DNA from: an uncultured Verrucomicrobiae bacterium
Lineage (GTDB): Bacteria > Verrucomicrobiota > Verrucomicrobiia > Chthoniobacterales > Chthoniobacteraceae
Direction of reading: 5' to 3'
Length of the DNA: 64,000 bases
NCBI GenBank assembly: GCA_963769025.1
Contig: CAVYKI010000003.1
Location: forward strand, 32,001-96,000
In this document: piece after piece, positions 7,682-16,271 of the stretch
How the letters are laid out: the number at the start of each line of letters is the position of its first letter
Numbering within the stretch: the stretch's first letter is position 1
Made by a program: the position numbers and the translations under genes
The notes under the pieces: generated by a model
Database searches by the model: none
What the model saw: only the letters and a program-made list of their open reading frames with translations
Told to the model about the DNA's origin: nothing

Positions 7682-10527
7682 GGCGTCAGATTCCGTGAAT
7701 AGATCGTCCGGAATCGCACCTCGTCGTCCGTCGGGTCCGGCGTGCCACGATTGTCGTGGTAGCGCTCGACGACCGCCTGCTGGCGCTGCTCAGCGGTCAC
7801 GATCAAGCGGCCGTTCGGCGTCTGCTTCAACGCCTGCCCCACGGTGTAGATGCTGAAGACATTGCCCCGTGAGGTGACGAGGTTGGCGACTTGGCGGACA
7901 AGTTCCTCGCTCGCCTCGCCGCCATCCGCCACGCCGCTGATTTCCACGATCTCGCCCGGTGAATCATAACCGCCCGCATATCCGTAGACCTTGCCTTTGG
8001 ACGCCAGAGTCCGTGCGTAAATGGCGTGGGCGATCGACTTCGCTTCGCTCGCGCTGACGGTTTTCGCGGGGTCGCGGGAGTCCTTCGCAGCGTCCTGAAA
8101 AACGGCGGCGAGGGGCAGGATACGGTCGAGCGCGAACGGCTCGGGCTTCGCATTCATGTTCACCCGCCCGCCGGTGGCGGTCTTGTGCGGCGCGAAGATC
8201 GGCTCGCCGGCAGCCGGCACGTTCACCGGGACGGTGAAAAGATCCATGAACGCCCAGTCCGGAACGACGGAGGTCGCCTGCTGGTTGGGCTGCAAGCGGA
8301 TGGTGCGCCACGGGACGCCGCCCGTAGCGGCGGTGCTCGAAATCTCGACGCCCGTGTGGATGAATCCAAGCTCGCCCGGCGAGAGCACCAAGCCGTTCGG
8401 ATTGGTGCTGTGTCCCTTTTTATGAGGCATCCGCATGCCGGCGTCCGTGATCTGCCCGCTCAGGTCGGTGTCCTGCTCGGGAACGGCGGCGGACGCTTTT
8501 CCGAGGGTGCTCCGCTTGTTCTTCACGCCGAAGCTGTTCTTGGCCTGCGCCACAGAATTCCAGTCCTTGGGGACGCTGTTGATCCGCGGGTCATTCACCT
8601 CAAAGGAAGTAATGTCCTGTTCCCCCACGGCGGCGGCATCGACCGTGTACTTGAGGGTCACGCCATTGCCGGCATCGGCCACGGGTGACACTTCCAGGCG
8701 CGCGGTTCCGGGGTCGGAGGGGATCGCGCCAGTATCGGGACCTATGACGAGCGCAGTGCGCAGGTTCACGCTAGCCGGGCGGCTGGCACGGTATGCGGTG
8801 ATGGCGACCGTGGCGTAACCGCCTTTCGACAAAGTCGTGTTGCCGCCGACGATATTCGTCGCATCCACGCGAAACCACTTGCCGTTCAAACCGGAGCCCG
8901 TCTCGGAATAGTAGTTCGACGTGCCGGTGGTTTCGTAAGTGTACAGATACATCCGCTTTCCATCGATGCTGTTAAAGTCGATCGAATCGATTCCGCCAGC
9001 CTCCGGGAGGTGAATTTCATTGTAAAACTTGCACCGATAGCGGCCGTTGTTTGCCCCGGAGGTTTCCGCCGTGCCCTTCACCCACACTCCCATCTCGGTG
9101 ACGAACAGGCTTCGCGTCAGCCCCTTGTAGGTATTGTCCTTCCCGCGGATCGAGGAATCGCTGTAGGGGGGCGTATTGCTGAAGTCTCCCACGAAGTAAT
9201 CCTTCCCCGAGGTGTCCTTCCGAATGATGCCTCGGATCGGTTCTACAAGCGTCATGGCCGATTCGGCGCTCCGCACATAATCAATGAGATTGAGGGCAAG
9301 CTCGGTGAGCCGGACGATGCTTGTGCTCGTGCCGTAGTACTTCTGCTGAAAACTGCTGCTTCCATTGACCATCGGCCAATCCGTGCGCTTCAAATAATCG
9401 AGCAGACCCTTTTGTCCCGTGGCAGGGTTGCCCACGATTACATAGTTGAGCTTCACCGGATCAATGTTGGCAACGGCTCCGGGATCGACAGTGGGATTGC
9501 TGGATTGCAGCAGCGAATTCTTGAGAATGTCCAAGAAAGGACGGCCACCCGACCAAGTCTTCGATGTGGCATTATAGGTCGCCCCGGCCCAATTCGGCAG
9601 CGTGGTGAGAACGATGCGCGATTCGTTGAAAAAGGTGGTGTCGGGATCGTGGTTGAAGTGGGTCAGCTCAAATTTGTTGGCGAGCAGGACATCATACGCG
9701 GCGGGCACGGCCCCGCGCACATCGGATGGCGTGTTAAAGAAGCGATTGGCGATCTTCTCGTAATCCAGCTTGTTGCCGGAGGTGCCGTCCGGCTTCGTGA
9801 TGAATTGATGGATTTGATTCGCGATGGGGTCGGTCATGCCCGTCAGCGCCTTGAGAGTCACCCGCGTAGGATGCGCTGGCGGGTTCGTGTTCACGCTGCT
9901 CCGAGTCCACGCAAGATTGTAGTTGATCTTGCTGCTCTCATCGTCCGCCCAGTAGGCGAAGCGGCCCACGATCGGGTTGGCTTTATCGGTCCGGTCGGGC
10001 GCCTCGACAGGCAGCCCCGAAGCATCGATGAGCTGGCTGCCGTCGCTGCGGACGTAGATCCATCGCAGCTTCATCTGCGTCGGGCCGCCCGTGGCATTGA
10101 GCCGGTCGGTGATCAGGTACGTGGGCGGACTCTGGTCGGCCAGCGTCTGAACATTCAAGTCCGGTGGCTCGAAGTCCAGCAGTGCGTCCTCCGTGGCGAG
10201 GAACCCCGCGCTCGGCACGCCGGTCGAGAGCGCCACCTGCTTTTGAAGCCGCTTCGGATCCGCGTCCGGCACGATCAGCGCGCCGGGCTGGCTGACCCAA
10301 TTGCGATTCGGATCGGTCGTCTCGCGCTGCAGGATCGCGACGACGCTCTCGACGCCATCGCGTGCCAGCGCCGTGGCGCGCATGCGCTCAAAATGGCTGC
10401 CGGCGGTGCTGCGCTCGATGCGCGCGCTGCCGAGGTAGCCGAGCGTGACGACGGAAATCAGCACGACAAAGAACAGCGCGATGATGAGCGCGGTGCCGCG
10501 TTTCCGAGGATGGAGGGAGGGATTCAT
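7678..10527 (-). CDS. Verru_Chthon cassette protein A-like (GspK/PilX-like large pseudopilin), copy 1
   Basis: 949 aa. RKRG^TALIIAL leader and GRFAYWADDESSKINYN; same conserved blocks as copy 2. Confidence 0.8.
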   Translation of the reverse strand: MNPSLHPRKRGTALIIALFFVVLISVVTLGYLGSARIERSTAGSHFERMRATALARDGVESVVAILQRETTDPNRNWVSQPGALIVPDADPKRLQKQVALSTGVPSAGFLATEDALLDFEPPDLNVQTLADQSPPTYLITDRLNATGGPTQMKLRWIYVRSDGSQLIDASGLPVEAPDRTDKANPIVGRFAYWADDESSKINYNLAWTRSSVNTNPPAHPTRVTLKALTGMTDPIANQIHQFITKPDGTSGNKLDYEKIANRFFNTPSDVRGAVPAAYDVLLANKFELTHFNHDPDTTFFNESRIVLTTLPNWAGATYNATSKTWSGGRPFLDILKNSLLQSSNPTVDPGAVANIDPVKLNYVIVGNPATGQKGLLDYLKRTDWPMVNGSSSFQQKYYGTSTSIVRLTELALNLIDYVRSAESAMTLVEPIRGIIRKDTSGKDYFVGDFSNTPPYSDSSIRGKDNTYKGLTRSLFVTEMGVWVKGTAETSGANNGRYRCKFYNEIHLPEAGGIDSIDFNSIDGKRMYLYTYETTGTSNYYSETGSGLNGKWFRVDATNIVGGNTTLSKGGYATVAITAYRASRPASVNLRTALVIGPDTGAIPSDPGTARLEVSPVADAGNGVTLKYTVDAAAVGEQDITSFEVNDPRINSVPKDWNSVAQAKNSFGVKNKRSTLGKASAAVPEQDTDLSGQITDAGMRMPHKKGHSTNPNGLVLSPGELGFIHTGVEISSTAATGGVPWRTIRLQPNQQATSVVPDWAFMDLFTVPVNVPAAGEPIFAPHKTATGGRVNMNAKPEPFALDRILPLAAVFQDAAKDSRDPAKTVSASEAKSIAHAIYARTLASKGKVYGYAGGYDSPGEIVEISGVADGGEASEELVRQVANLVTSRGNVFSIYTVGQALKQTPNGRLIVTAEQRQQAVVERYHDNRGTPDPTDDEVRFRTIYSRNLTP

Positions 10528-11492
10528 CGCCCGTTGATGAGCTGGATCTGCGTTGTATAGGTCCGCAGTCCGCCGAGCAAGGGCCGCAGGCCGGGATTCG
10601 ACCCGGCCTCCTGCTGCATCCGGCTGACGAATTCCGCCGAATCACGCACGGAGGGGTCCTTCACGAGCGCCTGCACGTCCTGCCACACATTGTCCATGCG
10701 GGGCGCGAGCCGGGAATCCACCTGAGCGACGGAGACGGTGACGACCGCCGGGAGGTAGCGCTTCTCGGTCCGGGTCTGCTTCGTGCCGGCGGCGTCGGTG
10801 TATTGCACCTTGAAGTCATAGCCCTTGCGCGAGTCGAACACCTTCGGCAGTTCGACGCCATCCAGCCCGGTGCAGCGGAACCACACGCCCACGACATTCT
10901 CGGCAAACAATCCCACGTAGCCCGACGCCTTGTCCGCCGGAGCGACTTTCTCCAGCAGGCTGCCGCTGAGCCAACCGTTGACGCTCGTGTAGATGAGGAA
11001 ATCGGGATTCCGGACGAATGCGCCGGACGAGTCCTGCACCGAGGGATTCACGAAGAACCGGCACAGCACCGGCCTGCGCACCGCGGCGTCCGCCGTCGGG
11101 AACCATTTCACAAAATACCCGACTTCCGCGACTTCACCAAAGCTCGTCTCCGTCGCGATGGGTGCCTGCCAGAACGCCGCGTCGGCATTGCGAAAGTCGT
11201 CGGGCACCTGGCTCGCCGGCGGGTTGATGAGGAACTGCAGGTTGCTCTGCCCGGGCTTGCTCACATTCTCGACCGGCAGCAGCGCGCCCTGCAATTCGAC
11301 GGCGATGAAGTCGGCGAGCGAGCGGGCATTGCGCCGGCGCTCATTGCGCCCCTCGCCCTTCTGCCACGCGCGGGTGACTTCGCTGAAAATGGAGCTGAGC
11401 ATCGCGACGATGACCAGCAGGATGCTCACTGCAACGAGCACCTCGATGAGCGTGAATCCGCGTCGCGATCTAATAACGGGCGATGCTCGCAT
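10524..11492 (-). CDS. Prepilin-type protein, Verru_Chthon cassette C-like (GspJ/PilW-like)
   Basis: RRG^FTLIEVLVAV N-methylation motif; AFWQAP, EVGYFVKW, LFAENVVG and LPAVVTVS. Confidence 0.8.
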   Translation of the reverse strand: MRASPVIRSRRGFTLIEVLVAVSILLVIVAMLSSIFSEVTRAWQKGEGRNERRRNARSLADFIAVELQGALLPVENVSKPGQSNLQFLINPPASQVPDDFRNADAAFWQAPIATETSFGEVAEVGYFVKWFPTADAAVRRPVLCRFFVNPSVQDSSGAFVRNPDFLIYTSVNGWLSGSLLEKVAPADKASGYVGLFAENVVGVWFRCTGLDGVELPKVFDSRKGYDFKVQYTDAAGTKQTRTEKRYLPAVVTVSVAQVDSRLAPRMDNVWQDVQALVKDPSVRDSAEFVSRMQQEAGSNPGLRPLLGGLRTYTTQIQLINGR

Positions 11493-12000
11493 GGAGGATT
11501 TGGAGATTCGGACGCGCGGAGGCGCTGGTCGCGGCGGAGATCGGCCAGCTGAACTCCAGCGTGAGCATCACGCGGTTGTAGGGTGCGGTGGGCACCGCGC
11601 GCGACTTGTCGTCCGGCAGCTTTTTCACGACGCACCGGAAGAGCGCCTCGGGCGGCACGGCAGTCCCCGTGCCCGCGAGCAGCGTGCCATCATCGGAAAA
11701 ATACCAGGTCGTGTCGATTGGCGCGCTGGCGCCGGGGGCCGCGGGATTCGGCGTCGCCGTGGGGTCGGCCAGCCAGAGAGCGTCGAAGGGCACCGCGCGC
11801 ATGCGGTTCAGCACCTGCGCGCTCATCGACACCAGCACAGTGTCGCGGCCGGCCATGCGGTCCGAATCGAGCGCCATGCCGAGCATGCTGATCAGCGACA
11901 CCGCCACGATGGCGATGACGACCAAAGTCAGCGCGACTTCCATGAGCGTGAAGCCGCGCTTTCCGCGCGGGACCGGCATCATTTTCGGCGCATCTGGCAT
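11470..12000 (-). CDS. Prepilin-type protein, cassette B-like (GspI/PilV-like)
   Basis: KRG^FTLMEVAL, WYFSDDG and LTLEFSWP. The start could be a downstream ATG. Confidence 0.8.
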   Translation of the reverse strand: MPDAPKMMPVPRGKRGFTLMEVALTLVVIAIVAVSLISMLGMALDSDRMAGRDTVLVSMSAQVLNRMRAVPFDALWLADPTATPNPAAPGASAPIDTTWYFSDDGTLLAGTGTAVPPEALFRCVVKKLPDDKSRAVPTAPYNRVMLTLEFSWPISAATSASARPNLQILHASIARY

Positions 12001-12003
12001 CGG

Positions 12004-12657
12004 CTACGGGCGGCTGATTTTCGTCGCGCCGGTCGCGCCGACGATGGCGATGTCGAAGTAGTTCGCCGGTTTCCCCGCATCGTTGCGGTTCGAGTAGTGG
12101 ACCGCGCCACCCTCCACGCGCCCCTCGACCAGCCGGATCTGCGCGGGAACGGCGGGATTCTGCAACCCGCCGCCGGGCGTGAAGATCCGCGCGGCATACC
12201 CGTCCGGGTTGCGGATCGGCGCGCTTTGGAAAGTGATCGGCGGATTGGCTTGGTTCGTCGCGGACAGGAAGGGGAACGGATTTGGCGAGCGCAAAAGGAA
12301 GCTGGATTCCAGCGTGTCGCCCGCATCGACGGTGATGCCCATGGGCAAAATCTGCCATTCGCCGACCTGGCTCCAGCCGGTCGTGTGCTTGAATTCCATC
12401 ACCGCGATCGCCCGGTAATCCGTGTCCGTGCCCTGGTTCGCGAGCACCAGCAGCGCGGTCAGCGTGTTGCGCGACATCGCGTGCTGCCGGGCGAGCGCGG
12501 CCATGTTGTTGACCGTGTTGCCCGCAGTCACCAGCGCCGTGCCCCGACCCATCCCGGACAGCGCCGGCACCACAAACCCCATGATGATGCCGAGGAGGGC
12601 GATCACCGTCAACAATTCGACCAGGCTGAATGCGGCACGAAAGGTTTTGGGTGACAT
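12004..12657 (-). CDS. Prepilin-type protein, cassette D-like (GspH/FimT-like)
   Basis: MSPKTFRAA^FSLVELL, LARQHAMSRN and C-terminal PANYFDIAIVGATG. Confidence 0.8.
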   Translation of the reverse strand: MSPKTFRAAFSLVELLTVIALLGIIMGFVVPALSGMGRGTALVTAGNTVNNMAALARQHAMSRNTLTALLVLANQGTDTDYRAIAVMEFKHTTGWSQVGEWQILPMGITVDAGDTLESSFLLRSPNPFPFLSATNQANPPITFQSAPIRNPDGYAARIFTPGGGLQNPAVPAQIRLVEGRVEGGAVHYSNRNDAGKPANYFDIAIVGATGATKISRP

Positions 12658-12823
12658 CGGGTTGGGGAACGCAGCCACTGCCGGAATCTGCACGGGCGCA
12701 CAGGACAGCGATGCGTCCACGAAAATTACCGCTCATCCCCGGGATTCCCAGCAATATCCCGCGCAACACCACGCCGCGGCGCACCGCGGCTATTGCGCCC
12801 GCGCGCAGCGGCGTGATAGATGG

Positions 12824-14083
12824 GTGCTCTTGCGATACCTCAAGGTCACATTCCTCATCGGGGCCCTCACCGCGCTGCTTGCGGCGGGACTCTTTGAATT
12901 GCACGTGTTCGCCGGCCTCGACGCCGCCCTCGCGACTTTCCTCGCGCGTCCTTCGCCGCCCGTCGTCGAACGCGGGCTGCAATATTTTCTCATCCTGGTT
13001 TTCGCCTTTGGCATCACGTGGACGACGATCGATCTCAACCGCATCCCGGTGAAGCTCGGCATCGTCCTCGCGGCGCTGGCGGAGACGGTGACGGCGGTGT
13101 GGGCGGCGAATCTGCACGGCGCGTATTTCTCCCCGTTCGCGGGCATCACCGCCATCATCGTGGCGGCGGCGGCGGCATTCGCGTATTCCCAGACGGCCGT
13201 GGGGCGCAGGAAACGCACGCTCCAGCAGCTCCTCGGCGACCGGGTCTCCCAGGGCACCTTCCGGCGCATGGTGGATGGCAACGCGCCGCTGCACTTCGAC
13301 GGCGACGTGCGCGAAGCCACGGTGCTCGTGTGCGAAATCTTCAACCACGAGGAACTGCTCGCGACGCTGCGCACGGACAACTACGTGGCGATGACGAATT
13401 CCTTCCTGCAAAACGCCGCCGACTTCCTCGTCGAACGCGGAGCCTACCTCGACGAATGCGACGGGGAAAACCTGCGCGTCATCTTCGGCGCCCCGCTGCC
13501 CGAGGCCGGCCACGCCGCCAGCGCGTGCGAGGCGGCGCTCGAACTTTCCACGAGGCTCGAAGGCGTGAATGGCGAATGCATGGCCAAGTGGGGAAAGGCG
13601 TTCGACTACCGCATCGGCATCAACAGCGGTGAAGTCATCGTCGCGGCGTACGGCTCGCGCCGGCTCGGCGCGCTGGGCGTATCGGGCGAGCCGGTCGAGT
13701 TTGCACGGCGGCTCTGCGCGGCGAATTCCATCTACGGCACGCGCACGCTGATCGGCGCGCGGACGTTCGCGCTCGCCGAGGAATCCATCGAGGTCCGGCC
13801 CATGGAGCTGATCCAGCGGAAGCCGGACGAAAACGGCCGCGAGGAAGTGTACGAACTCATCACCCGGAAGGACGGCCTCTCCGAGCCGCAGCGCGCACGG
13901 CGCGACCTTTACTGGAAGGGCGTCGTGTATTTCCGCGAACAGCTCCTCGACCACGCGCTCGCCACCTTCCAGGAGACGCGGGAAAAGTACGGCGCGGATG
14001 GCGCGGTGGACTTCTACATCCGCCGCATCGAGCACATGCAGCGCGGCCTGCCCGTGCTCGAGTGGGGAACCGCCCGGCTGTGA
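12824..14083 (+). CDS. Membrane-bound class III adenylate/guanylate cyclase-like protein with degenerate catalytic motifs
   Basis: About 4 TM helices, then REATVLVCEI, GAYLDECDGENLRVIFGAP, RIGINSGEVIV and GEPVEFARRL, ending in a TPR-like tail. Start placed at GTG 12824. Confidence 0.8.
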   Translation: MLLRYLKVTFLIGALTALLAAGLFELHVFAGLDAALATFLARPSPPVVERGLQYFLILVFAFGITWTTIDLNRIPVKLGIVLAALAETVTAVWAANLHGAYFSPFAGITAIIVAAAAAFAYSQTAVGRRKRTLQQLLGDRVSQGTFRRMVDGNAPLHFDGDVREATVLVCEIFNHEELLATLRTDNYVAMTNSFLQNAADFLVERGAYLDECDGENLRVIFGAPLPEAGHAASACEAALELSTRLEGVNGECMAKWGKAFDYRIGINSGEVIVAAYGSRRLGALGVSGEPVEFARRLCAANSIYGTRTLIGARTFALAEESIEVRPMELIQRKPDENGREEVYELITRKDGLSEPQRARRDLYWKGVVYFREQLLDHALATFQETREKYGADGAVDFYIRRIEHMQRGLPVLEWGTARL

Positions 14084-14698
14084 AACGCGTCGAGTATCCC
14101 GCGCCGATCCGCGCGCTCATCGCGGAGCTGAAACGCATGCCCGGCGTCGGCCCGCGCAGCGCCGAGCGCATCGCGCTCTGGATGGTGCAGGCGCGCGACG
14201 CCCGGCCCCGTGACATCGCCACAGCCACGATCGCGGTCTGCGAGCAGATCAAGGCGTGCCCGCAGTGCGGGTTTTTCACCTCGGAACCGCTCTGCGAATT
14301 TTGCGCAGCGCCGGATCGCGACGATGCGCTGCTCTGCGTCGTCGAGCAGCCCACCGACATCCTTCCGCTCGAACGCACCGGCGTCTTCCGCGGCCGCTAC
14401 CACGCGCTCGGCGGACGCATCTCGCCGCTCGAGCACGTCGGCCCGGACGATCTGCGCATCGCCTCGCTCATCGCCCGCGTGCAGGACGGGCATCCCTGCC
14501 GAGGTCATCCTCGCGCTCGGCACGGATGTCGAGGGCGACGCGACATCGAACTACATCGCGGAGCTTCTCCAGCCGTTCCCCGTCACCGTCTCGCGCATCG
14601 CGCAGGGCCTGCCCGCCGGCGGCGGACTGGAGCATGCCGACGAACTGACGCTGAACCGCGCGCTCGCCGGCCGCATCCGGCACGGAAAGACGCCGTAA
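14080..14698 (+). CDS. recR: Recombination mediator RecR (frameshift near 14490)
   Basis: [13 protein letters not shown], zinc finger CPQCG...CEFC, LCVVEQP and YHALGG; continues in another frame as [15 protein letters not shown]...SRIAQGLP. The break is at a GGG run. Confidence 0.92.
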
Positions 14699-14744
14699 GT
14701 CCGGGCAACCGCGGCCGCCGCACCGGCGTATGGTTCAGAGCCCC

Positions 14745-16214
14745 ATGAGCACCGCCATCCATTGGTTTCGCCGCGATCTCCGGCTCACCGACAACACCGC
14801 GCTGAACGCCGCGCTCGCCGCGCACGACCAGATCGTCCCGGTGTACATCGCGAGCGACTGGACCGGCACGCACCACTGGTGCGGAGCGCCGCGGCAGGAG
14901 TTTCTCTGCGGCTCGCTGGCGTCGCTCCACAGGAATCTCGAAGCAAAAGGCGCGCGCCTGATCATCCGCAGCGGACGCGCGGACAAGGCGCTCGAACAGC
15001 TCGTCCGTGAAACCGGCGCGTGTGCGATCTATTTCAACCGCGACCCCGATCCGTTTGGCCGGGCGATGGAGCAGACGGTCGCGACAATGGCGGCAAGGCT
15101 GGGCATCACAGCCCACGCGCTGAAGGACGTCGCGATCCGCGAGCGCGACGAAGTGCTCACCGGCGAGGGGCGCCCGTTCCGTGTCTTCACGCCCTACGCC
15201 CGGGCATGGAGCAAGCTGCCCGACACAAACGTCGGCAAGTCCGCGACGCGAATCACCGTTCCGGACGGCGTGAAGAGCGAACCGCTCCCGACACTCGAGC
15301 GGTGGAAGCTCACGAGCAGCGCGAAAATCATCCAGCCCGGCGAGGCCGCCGCGCGCAAACGACTCGGCCGGTTTCTCGACGGGCCGATTTTCCTCTACGG
15401 ACAAAGGCGCGACCTGCCCGAGGAGGACGGCACCTCGCGGCTCTCCCAGGATCTCCGGCACGGCCTGCTCTCCATCCGCGAAGTCCTGCGCGATTGCCGG
15501 CACGCAAACGCGGAGGCGACGACGAGCGCCGACAAGAAGGGCGTCGCCACATTCATCAACGAACTCATCTGGCGAGAGTTCTACTTTCAGGTGCTCTGGA
15601 ATTGGCCGGAGGTCTTGGACCACGAATTTCAGGAGGACACGCGCAGCCTGCCGTGGCGCGCCCATTGGCGTCCGGAAGACGAACGCGCGTGGAGCCGCGA
15701 ACCGGAGGCGCGCGAGCACTTCGACGCATGGCGCGAGGGCCGCACCGGTTTCCCGATCGTGGACGCCGGCATGCGCGAACTCGCCGCCACCGGCCACATG
15801 CACAACCGCGTCCGCATGATCACCGCCATGTTCCTCGCGAAGGATCTCCGCATCTGGTGGATGCACGGCGAGAGCCATTTCATGCGCCTGCTGGTGGACG
15901 GAGAAATCGCGAGCAACAACGGCGGCTGGCAATGGAGCGCCAGCACCGGCACCGACGCTGCGCCCTACTTTCGCATCCAGAATCCCTGGTCGCAGACGAA
16001 GCGCTTCGACCGCGACGGCGCCTACATCCGCCGCTGGGTGCCGGAACTCCGCGACGTGCCCGCCGCGCAATTTTGCGAGCCACCCGCCGCCGGACATCCC
16101 GTTGCAAAAGACTACCCGCTTCCCATCGTGGATCATGCGGCCGCCCGCGAAGCGGTCCTCGAAATGTTCAAGACCGGAAAGGCTGAGGGCGGGAAATCCA
16201 CCAAGGCGCGCTGA
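14745..16214 (+). CDS. phrB: Deoxyribodipyrimidine photolyase / cryptochrome family
   Basis: HWFRRDLRLTDN, TSRLSQDLRHG, ELIWREFY, GRTGFPIVDAGMR, GHMHNRVRMITA, NNGGWQW and FRIQNP. Confidence 0.93.
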   Translation: MSTAIHWFRRDLRLTDNTALNAALAAHDQIVPVYIASDWTGTHHWCGAPRQEFLCGSLASLHRNLEAKGARLIIRSGRADKALEQLVRETGACAIYFNRDPDPFGRAMEQTVATMAARLGITAHALKDVAIRERDEVLTGEGRPFRVFTPYARAWSKLPDTNVGKSATRITVPDGVKSEPLPTLERWKLTSSAKIIQPGEAAARKRLGRFLDGPIFLYGQRRDLPEEDGTSRLSQDLRHGLLSIREVLRDCRHANAEATTSADKKGVATFINELIWREFYFQVLWNWPEVLDHEFQEDTRSLPWRAHWRPEDERAWSREPEAREHFDAWREGRTGFPIVDAGMRELAATGHMHNRVRMITAMFLAKDLRIWWMHGESHFMRLLVDGEIASNNGGWQWSASTGTDAAPYFRIQNPWSQTKRFDRDGAYIRRWVPELRDVPAAQFCEPPAAGHPVAKDYPLPIVDHAAAREAVLEMFKTGKAEGGKSTKAR

Positions 16215-16271
16215 ACGCTGGTCCCGCTAAGAACGGCCCCCACCGAGGGTCTTTCCAGAAGCCCCTCGCCG

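Noticed and set aside
4590..10537. Diversity-generating retroelement or shufflon behind the A1/A2 repeats
   Set aside because: No reverse transcriptase or recombinase in the window, and the differences are not adenine-specific.
4668..10560. Long antisense ORFs (e.g. 4668..7856, 9010..10560, 11690..14035, 33868..36540, 43459..46374)
   Set aside because: Shadow ORFs opposite well-supported genes in high-GC DNA, with no recognisable motifs.
14485..14495. Programmed frameshift or pseudogene in recR
   Set aside because: A single extra G in a short run, no slippery heptamer, and both halves are conserved. Probably a sequencing error.
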